Made by a program: the position numbers and the translations under genes. Positions 26,794 to 35,056 of a stretch of 64,000 nt of DNA are shown piece by piece. The DNA comes from a virus, in IMG/VR virus record IMGVR_UViG_3300045988_100686, positions 64,001 to 128,000 of that record, one strand, 5' to 3'. The notes under the pieces are model-generated. The model ran no database searches. It saw nothing but the letters and a program-made list of their open reading frames with translations, and was not told the DNA's origin. Positions within the stretch are counted from its first letter, which is position 1. Each line of letters starts with the position of its first letter.

Positions 26794-27607
26794 TTATACA
26801 ATGGCTATGAATATTAAAAAGATAGAATTTGAAGACAATTCTGCTGTAGTAACCATGAGGGATCCTGACGAACTTATTGGTCTTGTACGTAAAAGAGTGT
26901 CGATTGATGCTCTAATTCAAGCCCTTGGAAAGATTAGTACATCCCAATCTATGCTTATTCCTCCTAACTGCAGGGGCATTTGGGAGACTAAAAACAATAA
27001 GTATTTCCTGTTTATCATCCCGGCACACATGGGCAAGACTGCCGTAGTGTGGTATAAAACTGACACTGATAACTATGGAGCTCCGGGTAGTAGTACTAAG
27101 TTGGAGAACCAGCCTGAACATATTCAGTCAATGTATGAAGACTCAGAAGACAGTGACTACATTAGAGTGTTCAACACTCCATTCCCAGATGCGTGTGTGT
27201 TGATTAAAATGACAAAGGCTGGTAGCAATAAACTTATGTTTAATGATATCAGAGCATGGTCTATTAAGAGTACTATGCTTCCTCTAGATAAAACAGCAGT
27301 ATACCGCTGGCCGTTCTTTAATATGTATGGTGATGCAAGAGTATGCATTGGTGATATCCCCAGAGAGTATCCTAATGTAGAATCTGTTGCTAGTATTATT
27401 AATTACCTATATATTGGCGTAGGTAACCATGATCTTGATCATACTCCATATGTAATTCCTGATAATAAGTTTGGAATCAAAAATTCTTTTCAGTTGGTCA
27501 AATACCTTGATGAAAACAAGTTGACTGTATTTCCAAGGGAGTTACTGTGTAGTTTTGGTACATCGATCATTGAAACAGTAGAAAATATTGTTGCTAATGG
27601 AAATTAA
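26774..27607 (+). CDS. E2-like (UBC-like) ubiquitin-conjugating enzyme candidate
   Basis: 277 aa; WPFFNMYGDARVCIGDIP resembles the E2 HPN-x4-G-x-ICL active-site flap with catalytic Cys; start may be GTG 26774 or ATG 26801; sits immediately upstream of JAB and E1 genes. Confidence 0.4.
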   Translation: MLLKDGDYTMAMNIKKIEFEDNSAVVTMRDPDELIGLVRKRVSIDALIQALGKISTSQSMLIPPNCRGIWETKNNKYFLFIIPAHMGKTAVVWYKTDTDNYGAPGSSTKLENQPEHIQSMYEDSEDSDYIRVFNTPFPDACVLIKMTKAGSNKLMFNDIRAWSIKSTMLPLDKTAVYRWPFFNMYGDARVCIGDIPREYPNVESVASIINYLYIGVGNHDLDHTPYVIPDNKFGIKNSFQLVKYLDENKLTVFPRELLCSFGTSIIETVENIVANGN

Positions 27608-27621
27608 TGGAGGTAAAAATA

Positions 27622-29472
27622 ATGGCAGTTCCAAACCAATATAATAAATATGCTTCTTTATATACTGTGCCCAAAAAGCCAGAACTCACAGACGTCCAAA
27701 AACGTCTTATTGAACGTATGCAACGTAGTCGCTGCAAAATCTGGGAGTCCTATGCTGCGTATACTGCAGCTGATGAATCTGATAAGAAACCAGACAATTA
27801 CTTCCCAACTAAAACTGGTTGGGGTATTGCGCGCAAGCGTGTTCTCAATGGTAATAGTGTGGAGTTCGTTACAACTGTTCCAGAATGTCCGCTGGTTGAT
27901 GAAATCCAACCCAAAGTTGTTCTTGATATTCATAATAAAATCCCTGGATCTCTGCTCCAGGAGATTCTTGCAAACTTTAACAAAGTATGCGAGGACTCTA
28001 ATAATGAGTGTGCTGCTCAGATTTACCGTGAGCGAGATGGTGAAAGAAAGTATTTCATTTATTACCCTGAACAAAAGGTGTCTACTGCTCAAGTAACCTA
28101 TACTCATGATCCACAGCTCATGGAACTCGCAAAGGCATATGACCTCATCATGGAGCTGCATTCCCATGATTCTATGGGTGCATTCTGGTCTGGCACAGAT
28201 GACAGTAATGAGAACACTTGTGGATTCTACATGGTAATTGGCAGATTTAACTCTTCTGTAGTTGAGTACAAATGCCGTGCAAAACTTGATAAACTGTATG
28301 CTGATTTTAATTGCTCTGAAATCTTTGATTTCGGTGACACACCTGAAGAACAAATCCTTACTCGTGAAAACTTTATTGCTCCGAATGATGAACTGGATAA
28401 GAAGATCACAAAAGAAAGCCTTACTTATTATAATGGTGCGTATCAAGCTTGTTATGACATGTGGAACTATGGTGGTTATTCTTATCAAGGATACAATGAC
28501 TATAATTATGGTAAATCAACTAAGAAATCTCAGAGATACCTTGCTAAAACAGAACTGGCTGCACGTAAACGCTTGATGGCTAAATTGAAGAATGCTCCGG
28601 AATCCATCTTCCCGGAAGACGCTCTTTATAATGAGCTCTGGGATCATGCAGACTATATCAAAGCCAGAAAACGTTGGGAATGCTGTGGGTACTATGATAA
28701 CCAGGAGGCCATGAAGGAATGCTGGAAACGAATCCCAAAAAACCAGGCAGGCGCGGAAGAGGAGGTGAGTCAAGACGCCGTCGTTGCCTCTGATTATGTA
28801 ACTCGTATGAGCAAGTGCTACTCTGCAGATGGGTTCCAAAATACCCATACAGCTGGTGGAGTTGCCACTGGCATTGAAACTGCGGAATATCTTGCTGGTA
28901 ATGGAGATGAGGCAGCTGCACGTTATGGCACGCTTCCGGGCAAGATTCAACAATACAGTAATTTTGATTTAGATCTTGGCACTGCTGATGTGAATGACCA
29001 AGACTACAATGATAATCTTAATATGGCTGTGGCTAGCAGAACTGAGTCCCAGTCTAACATTGAGACATTCTTGCAGGAAGGAATGGGCGGGGTCCGTGAA
29101 GAGACTGAAAACAAATTTATTGCTAATGTAATGAATATTGCGTTTCTTCACACCCCGTCAGCCAGTATCAACGTCGGAGTGTTCTGGGAGTTGCTTACAC
29201 CGGTTGAGAAAACTAGACTGGCAAAAGCATTCCACTGCTCTGTTATGGATCTTGCTACTCTGCTTATTGGCAGCAGCGCTGTTGTTGCATCTCCTGATGT
29301 AGCAGAGTTCCTGTATAAGTGCATCCTTGGTGATGCTAAGTATGTAGAATGTAAGCTTGGTCTTATTACCAGTAAGGTCATGGCTGAAAAGCCGTCTACT
29401 GCTGCTCAATTTGTAGCACTCATCCATGAGATGCTTGAGGTTGAAAGAGATGTTAAGGAGGCAAAGGAATGA
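27622..29472 (+). CDS. JAMM/JAB (MPN+) metallopeptidase with long aromatic-rich C-terminal extension
   Basis: ELHSHDSMGAFWSGTDD = exact H-x-H-x7-S-x2-D JAMM motif; ATG 27622 has GGAGG at 8-nt spacing (track's 27607 start overlaps previous stop). Confidence 0.65.
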   Translation: MAVPNQYNKYASLYTVPKKPELTDVQKRLIERMQRSRCKIWESYAAYTAADESDKKPDNYFPTKTGWGIARKRVLNGNSVEFVTTVPECPLVDEIQPKVVLDIHNKIPGSLLQEILANFNKVCEDSNNECAAQIYRERDGERKYFIYYPEQKVSTAQVTYTHDPQLMELAKAYDLIMELHSHDSMGAFWSGTDDSNENTCGFYMVIGRFNSSVVEYKCRAKLDKLYADFNCSEIFDFGDTPEEQILTRENFIAPNDELDKKITKESLTYYNGAYQACYDMWNYGGYSYQGYNDYNYGKSTKKSQRYLAKTELAARKRLMAKLKNAPESIFPEDALYNELWDHADYIKARKRWECCGYYDNQEAMKECWKRIPKNQAGAEEEVSQDAVVASDYVTRMSKCYSADGFQNTHTAGGVATGIETAEYLAGNGDEAAARYGTLPGKIQQYSNFDLDLGTADVNDQDYNDNLNMAVASRTESQSNIETFLQEGMGGVREETENKFIANVMNIAFLHTPSASINVGVFWELLTPVEKTRLAKAFHCSVMDLATLLIGSSAVVASPDVAEFLYKCILGDAKYVECKLGLITSKVMAEKPSTAAQFVALIHEMLEVERDVKEAKE

Positions 29473-30974
29473 AGAAAACTGTGTTAGCTATCGGGCCTGC
29501 TAGTCCGTATGTGAATCTCTTGGCAACTGTTCAAGAGCATTTAAATGACTTAAGTGTCATTAAACCTAATTTTAATAACCTTCATATCATTCAGCTCGGT
29601 GCTGGTGGTACTGGCGGTTATGTAGCGTATGAAATACTTCGTATGCTTGGTAATATTCCAGAGGTGTTAAAACCGTATATCCATTATACACTGATAGATG
29701 GTGATACGTATGAGCCAAAGAATATTGGCAGACAACTTTGCTGTGAAGATGATATCGGTAAGTATAAAGCTCAGGTCCTCGTTGAAGAGTATGGAGAACT
29801 CTTTGGTGTTACTCCAGACCAAGCGTCTCATATCGATGAGTATTTTACTGCTATCAGCCAGCTGGCTGTTCTTCCAAAATTCCCTCTGCCAATCTGGTCT
29901 GTATTTGTAGACGATGAAGTAGAAAAGTTCTTCAAAGACTCTGAAGCTGCAGTTGCACTTAATTCTAAACAGCCACATATCAATGCAACAGCTACGTCAT
30001 TTATCATTATTGACTGTGTTGACAAAAATGCTCCGCGTAAACTATTACATGATTACTTTACAGATATCTCCAGTTTGCCCAGTACTTTGGCGCGTCTGAA
30101 CTATTGTTGCAATGCTGTTCCTGACTGTGATAAGATCACTGCTACTGGGCAGCAAATCATTGCACATAACAACGGTGGTAACAGCCTGCTTGGAAGTATG
30201 TACGGTGTCACCCCGATTCGTGATATCTACATCATCTCATCCGGCAATGGCAAGTATACTGGCCAAGTATCCTGGGGAAGAAAAAGCTTCCTTGGTAACT
30301 CCAGTGGTTCTATGCACTACAAGGATATCTTTGGTGACAAGGATGTATCTTCTATTATTGGACCTAAGATTAATACGAATGATGAAGTAGAGGCTGTCGA
30401 TATTACTCCGGGTATGACAGACGCTGATGTAAACCAGTTGCGGCTTAAAGCATTGGCTGAGGAGTATTTTACACCGTCTAATGTAAAGAGATTCCAGGAT
30501 AATGTATTCCAAGAAATTGTGGATCCTGCTACTGGCAGATTGTCAAATGGTTACATTAAGTCTATCCCGATTCCAATTACTAACCCAGAGGAACCTGAGC
30601 TTGAAACTGGACACCCGATGCTCAAAAACATGAATATGTTCATGTCTGCTTTTATGTCTACACCTACTCCGTATGACAGGTTCCCGGAGCTTACAGACCT
30701 TGAGATTGATGCAAGAGAAGAGGCGATGAGCTGCGCGGAGCGTGCAGAACATAATGTACAGTCTATCAATGCTAATAAAACTGCTGCAGCTCTTGTAGTA
30801 AATTACTTCACATCTATCTTTAATGGTATGTATATGTTTGAAAAGGAAGTACCCGTTCTTACTACTGAGACTACACGTTTCAACATATTAACGGGCGAGT
30901 ACTCTTCTGACCCGATTACTACGGATTCTCTGCGTATCCCTGTGGAAACACGCAAAAGAGTTCGCGCATTTTAA
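29469..30974 (+). CDS. E1-like (ThiF/MoeB/UBA-type) activating enzyme
   Basis: IIQLGAGGTGGYVAYEIL (Rossmann GxGxxG) followed by LIDGDTYEPKNIGRQL (E1 D-x-D-x-v-E-x-s-N-L-x-R-Q block); AGGAG RBS; overlaps JAB stop. Confidence 0.65.
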   Translation: MKKTVLAIGPASPYVNLLATVQEHLNDLSVIKPNFNNLHIIQLGAGGTGGYVAYEILRMLGNIPEVLKPYIHYTLIDGDTYEPKNIGRQLCCEDDIGKYKAQVLVEEYGELFGVTPDQASHIDEYFTAISQLAVLPKFPLPIWSVFVDDEVEKFFKDSEAAVALNSKQPHINATATSFIIIDCVDKNAPRKLLHDYFTDISSLPSTLARLNYCCNAVPDCDKITATGQQIIAHNNGGNSLLGSMYGVTPIRDIYIISSGNGKYTGQVSWGRKSFLGNSSGSMHYKDIFGDKDVSSIIGPKINTNDEVEAVDITPGMTDADVNQLRLKALAEEYFTPSNVKRFQDNVFQEIVDPATGRLSNGYIKSIPIPITNPEEPELETGHPMLKNMNMFMSAFMSTPTPYDRFPELTDLEIDAREEAMSCAERAEHNVQSINANKTAAALVVNYFTSIFNGMYMFEKEVPVLTTETTRFNILTGEYSSDPITTDSLRIPVETRKRVRAF

Positions 30975-30980
30975 GCTAAC

Positions 30981-31016
30981 GGTGGGCTCTTTGTGAGTCC
31001 ACCTTTTATTTTTTAT
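30981..31016 (+). terminator. rho-independent terminator after E1 gene
   Basis: GGTGGGCT-ctttgtg-AGTCCACC stem then TTTTATTTTTTAT. Confidence 0.6.
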
Positions 31017-31029
31017 GGAGGTATGCTAT

Positions 31030-32004
31030 ATGCAAATCCCAAGTTGGTTTATGGATAAGTATTTTCCAGAAGGTAGCGCACGCTCTGCTATAGTCTGTGA
31101 TGACGGAGAATTAAAATCATTCTTACGAATGGAAGCAGATGATAAGAATGCTGGGTGCGAAATCTTTGGTGATTATAGCTACGTGGAAGATATCATGGCA
31201 GTAATGTGTGAACCTGTTGTGGCCCATGAATTATCACTGCCAGCGCTTGAAGACTTAGTTCCTGATAAATATCATATATATAGGGTTATTCCACCATATT
31301 ATCTGCAGTTGTGGTACAAATATCAGCTGTCAAATAGGGGCATGACAAGTAGCTATACAGAAGATAAATTTAAGGTTGATTTTATTACTGCGTATATCAT
31401 TGAGTTCCCATGGGAACAGATGTCAAGTTGTAGCAGAAGAAAAACGAGATCAAAAAATGATGTAGACCACTGTATGTATGACAAAAATTTATTTAATGCT
31501 TGGTGTTATCAAAAAGATACTATTGAGGCTGTAGCACAGTTTCTTAATATCTGTAGAATCCCTGCATCTGAGGAAGAGATTGCGAAACTATTTATATCTA
31601 GGTTTATCTGGTATAGCTTTGTGACTCAATTGGATCTGCTGGATAGCATAGAAATAGGGGAATGGCTTGATTTTTATAATGGAGCACCGTATAGATCAAG
31701 ATGCGTTGATAGAAACTATGAGTTGAATTCTAGAAAAAGTTGTGGCCACTGGGGTGGTCTCATGGCTGCAGGGATTAAGATAAGCCGTATCCTGGAATAT
31801 CCTAGAAATGCTGATTCAGTAAAATCTAGAGTCTTGCAAAGGGCTAGGCTCTTAGTTGTAATGTTTTGTATGTCCCAGTCACCCAGAACGGTGAAGCTGA
31901 TCATTGAAGGTCTTATGACGTTTTCTGCGTCAATATCAGGTACATGGATGTTAAGCATCATTGAACCACTGGTAAGGGAGGTGGAGCCTTCATGGCTAAA
32001 ATAA
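31030..32004 (+). CDS. Cys/Trp-rich hypothetical protein
   Basis: start moved to ATG 31030 (GGAGG at 8-nt spacing; the track's 31015 ATG lies in the terminator T-tract); 325 aa. Confidence 0.5.
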   Translation: MQIPSWFMDKYFPEGSARSAIVCDDGELKSFLRMEADDKNAGCEIFGDYSYVEDIMAVMCEPVVAHELSLPALEDLVPDKYHIYRVIPPYYLQLWYKYQLSNRGMTSSYTEDKFKVDFITAYIIEFPWEQMSSCSRRKTRSKNDVDHCMYDKNLFNAWCYQKDTIEAVAQFLNICRIPASEEEIAKLFISRFIWYSFVTQLDLLDSIEIGEWLDFYNGAPYRSRCVDRNYELNSRKSCGHWGGLMAAGIKISRILEYPRNADSVKSRVLQRARLLVVMFCMSQSPRTVKLIIEGLMTFSASISGTWMLSIIEPLVREVEPSWLK

Positions 32005-33824
32005 ATGAGTTTACTATAGTGAGTGAGCTGAATGATGAGTTTAGTCTACGGGTATTTATGGAGTCGGGACAAAAGGTTGCTCAAGTTAATAATGTCTCTC
32101 ATGATTTCTTAAGAGAGGCAATGCCTACTAGCAGGCTTGGAATAAGAACTCCAGGACTTGCTCCCTGGCCATCTAAATTTAAGGAAAATCCAGTTCCTGA
32201 TGGATACTCTATTGCACTAAGTCATAAGTATACATTTGGGTCGATGTGTCTTAAGATGCTCTTGAACAAGCAAGCCAGACACAGATATTTTGCGTTATTA
32301 CTCGCGTTGTTTGGTAATAATGAAAATACCAGGGAACTTCTCACTGTAATGTTGTTAAGAACGAAGTTTACTGATGAATTACGATATTTATGTGAGCAGC
32401 TTGACATTTCTCGTATGTCTGTTAGAACCTGGGATAGTGTGGCTATAGACAACAAGCCTGGCAGTGTAAAGTTTAATGATGTTAGAAATTCTCCATGTAG
32501 TTGGTCGAGTGCACTTAGAAATGGATGTCTTGCTGACGGATATGTACCTCATCCGAACATATGGTTCAGAGATGTGAAAAATAAAAGTTTGTTTACTAAG
32601 ATATCCGCTTGTGAGATGTTCCCTAATCTTGCTCCAAAGATCCTGGCAAGCATCCCTAAGTACCCTAAAGGAGGCAAGGTAGATAGAATTGTAGATATAA
32701 GGACTCAGATTCTGTTCAATATGCTGAGAAATGCATATGGACTCAAGTATGAGGATATCATTGTTGATAAGCAGCTAGATCTTAATACATATGAAGTTCT
32801 ATCTTCTCTCTGTGCTATTCTTACTGCTGCTGCAGGATTAGGCGGCAGGGTTTCTATTACTGATATCAGAGGAGTTGATCCAGACTTAGATGTAAAATTA
32901 AGGTTTAGTCTCTGGTATCGTAATGTAAGATCAAGGATACTGACACTTCAAGGGAATTATGGTGTGGCAGGTGATGCCTGGCTTATGGACAAACTGCTTA
33001 CTTCATTAGCTGTTGTAATGAATGCGGGGGATAAACAGGAAAGTGAATTGCTAACGTCGTGTGTACGAGCTGCAGTTGATGAAAATGATCTCCAGGAAAC
33101 CCTTGAGGGATGGGTGTCTAAGAGGAATATCAATATGTATCTTGGTGATACGAATACTTTAAACGCGGTGAATGTTCCCGCATCTACCTTGAGGAGCATT
33201 GAAGATGGGATAGATGACATTGTACAATCACTGTCTGACAAGGATAACATTGTTAAATGCCTAAAAGAACTGGTGCAGCTTCAGGAGTCTTCTATTAGTG
33301 GGAAGGCATTTGATCCTGTCACTACTACTAACTATACAAATATACAGTATAACAACAATGGACTTGTAACTGCGAGCCTGATTCCAATGATTACAAACAG
33401 ATTCCAACTACTGGACTACATTTATAGAATGAGTACGTATAGAGAAAACGAGTTTATCTATGATACTATGGGAATCGTAAACAGATGCTCTAGGACTATA
33501 AGTTCCCATGTAAGTTCTTATGAATATAGTATAGGTATTTTGAAGAAATGGGAAGAGTTGCGGGATATTGCACTTGATCAGGTCTCACACAACGGTTCCG
33601 GGTATTTTTCAACTGAAATGTTGTATTGGAGTGCACTGGCTAGAGTTCTGGTAACCGACTGGCAACACTTCTGCAGAATCAATGCAGGGAAATCCAGAGA
33701 TGAGCTGTTTGAGATGTCAGTACTTACGGATAATCCATTCGCTGATATTGAGAACAGTGTCTGCCAAGAAATTGATGAGTATAAATCTGGATATGCAAGA
33801 TGGCGTGAAAACAGGTTTAAATGA
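31992..33824 (+). CDS. large hypothetical protein (610 aa)
   Basis: ORF overlapping previous stop by 13 nt. Confidence 0.5.
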   Translation: MAKINEFTIVSELNDEFSLRVFMESGQKVAQVNNVSHDFLREAMPTSRLGIRTPGLAPWPSKFKENPVPDGYSIALSHKYTFGSMCLKMLLNKQARHRYFALLLALFGNNENTRELLTVMLLRTKFTDELRYLCEQLDISRMSVRTWDSVAIDNKPGSVKFNDVRNSPCSWSSALRNGCLADGYVPHPNIWFRDVKNKSLFTKISACEMFPNLAPKILASIPKYPKGGKVDRIVDIRTQILFNMLRNAYGLKYEDIIVDKQLDLNTYEVLSSLCAILTAAAGLGGRVSITDIRGVDPDLDVKLRFSLWYRNVRSRILTLQGNYGVAGDAWLMDKLLTSLAVVMNAGDKQESELLTSCVRAAVDENDLQETLEGWVSKRNINMYLGDTNTLNAVNVPASTLRSIEDGIDDIVQSLSDKDNIVKCLKELVQLQESSISGKAFDPVTTTNYTNIQYNNNGLVTASLIPMITNRFQLLDYIYRMSTYRENEFIYDTMGIVNRCSRTISSHVSSYEYSIGILKKWEELRDIALDQVSHNGSGYFSTEMLYWSALARVLVTDWQHFCRINAGKSRDELFEMSVLTDNPFADIENSVCQEIDEYKSGYARWRENRFK

Positions 33825-33834
33825 TTTGTACTTA

Positions 33835-33868
33835 GACGAGAGTGAAATACCTCTCGTCGTTTTTTTTA
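33835..33868 (+). terminator. rho-independent terminator ending plus-strand island
   Basis: GACGAGAG-tgaaatac-CTCTCGTC then T8. Confidence 0.7.
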
Positions 33869-33908
33869 GTTATCTAGAATTTAAAGGTTGGACAATGTTG
33901 AACATGCT

Positions 33909-34026
33909 TCTCTCAGAGCCTACAGTGTACCTAGATTTGATTTTTATGTAGGGGTGTATGTAGTTATATACCCTGTTGTAAAAAGTCTCTCAAAGTTAAT
34001 CCTAGGAGCTCTGAGATATATGTGTG
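33909..34026 (+). repeat. left copy of ~118-bp diverged direct repeat flanking non-coding region
   Basis: CTCTCAGAGCCTACAGTGTACCTAG ... AAAGTCTCTCAAAGTTAATCCTAGGAGCTCTGAGATATATGTG aligns with 34894..35012. Confidence 0.6.
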
Positions 34027-34093
34027 CATTTTAAGCAGAATATGGAGGCTGTTTGAGCACTGGATAACAAGGTCATAAAGTACCTAAAAACCA

Positions 34094-34497
34094 GTGTAAC
34101 CTCTGCAGCCCTTACATAGCAAGGGTTTCAAGCTCTGGTTACACTTGTCTACTTATCAGACAATTTAAAGTGTAACCACAAAAATCTCGATAGACTGGGG
34201 CCTCAGATACCTCAAAATATACTGGTTACACTTTCTACACTAAAAAATATATATATATTATATACGATATACGATACGCGCACCCGCGCCTTAGGGGATT
34301 ATTTATATAATAAATATATAAAGATACACACATAATTATATATATATTATATGTCTATCCAAAAAGGTGTAGAAAGTGTAACCAGGGCCTTTTTGTAGTC
34401 ATACGCCCCCAGTTCATCGAGGTTCACGCGGTTACACCTTTTCAAAAAATAGGTGTAGAAAGGTGTAGATAAGTGTAGAGAGTTGTCAGACAATTTT
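34094..34497. repeat. iteron cluster: alternating GTGTAACC/GGTTACAC octamers, tandem (A/G)GGTGTAGA decamers, TCAGACAATTT pair
   Basis: GTGTAACC at 34094, 34170, 34376; GGTTACAC at 34137, 34224, 34430; AGGTGTAGAA/AGGTGTAGAT/AAGTGTAGAG at 34451-34480; TATCAGACAATTT 34154 and TGTCAGACAATTT 34484. Confidence 0.7.
34246..34335. repeat. AT-rich (TA)n core with TACGATA tandem and GC-rich knot CGCGCACCCGCGCC
   Basis: atatatatatattatatacgatatacgatacgcgcacccgcgcc...ataattatatatatattatatg. Confidence 0.6.
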
Positions 34498-34893
34498 AAA
34501 AGGCACCATAAATCCAGGTAAACGTCGTTAGTCCCAGTACTGTCCTTGTAAAACTATGATTTTCGTAGTACTCAACATACGAGTGTCCATTAGTTCAAAC
34601 TTTTGACACACTCTGATTTTTCTGAAAATTATTACCTATCTTGCTACTATGTTTATAAAATATAAAATAGTATGCAACATATAAATTAACTTTTAACTTT
34701 AATAAACACATCCAAGCAGACTACGTTACACAAAGTTGTGACACTTAAGTGACATTGTAATATATCTTTCAATTCTAACAAATCAGATAATTAAGATTTT
34801 TCATAGTTTATAATAAAATTCAGACAGCTATCCATGTCAGTCTTTGTCTTTCATAGCTAAACATAACTAACCATAGCTAACAAGCATACATAG

Positions 34894-35012
34894 CTCTCAG
34901 AGCATATAGAGTACCTACATTCATTTTTTTAAATCATCTCCTATACAATATACTAATAGCAAACAAAGTCTTCTCAAAACTAATTCTAGAGCCTCTCAGA
35001 CATATATGAACA
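34894..35012 (+). repeat. right copy of ~118-bp diverged direct repeat
   Basis: CTCTCAGAGCATATAGAGTACCTAC ... CAAAGTCTTCTCAAAACTAATTCTAGAGCCTCTCAGACATATATGAAC. Confidence 0.6.
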
Positions 35013-35013
35013 T

Positions 35014-35049
35014 AAAAGAGCACCAGACGGCCACAGTCGTCCAGTGCTC
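35014..35049 (-). terminator. possible terminator hairpin after minus-strand tail block
   Basis: GAGCAC..GACG-loop-CGTC..GTGCTC imperfect stem followed (minus strand) by UUUUAU. Confidence 0.35.
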
Positions 35050-35056
35050 TCATTGT

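Noticed and set aside
27658-28953. Minus-strand ORFs (276 aa, 145 aa and others) inside the JAB gene
   Set aside because: Antisense to a gene with an exact catalytic motif and RBS; isoleucine/phenylalanine-rich composition typical of AT-rich antisense frames.
34094-34497. Possible CRISPR array
   Set aside because: Repeats are 8-13 bp, alternate in orientation and have irregular spacing; there are no 25-40-bp direct repeats with unique spacers.
33869-35056. tRNA or other structured RNA gene in the non-coding region
   Set aside because: No cloverleaf with GTTCRA T-loop and anticodon stem could be traced by eye; this cannot be excluded without tRNAscan or Infernal.
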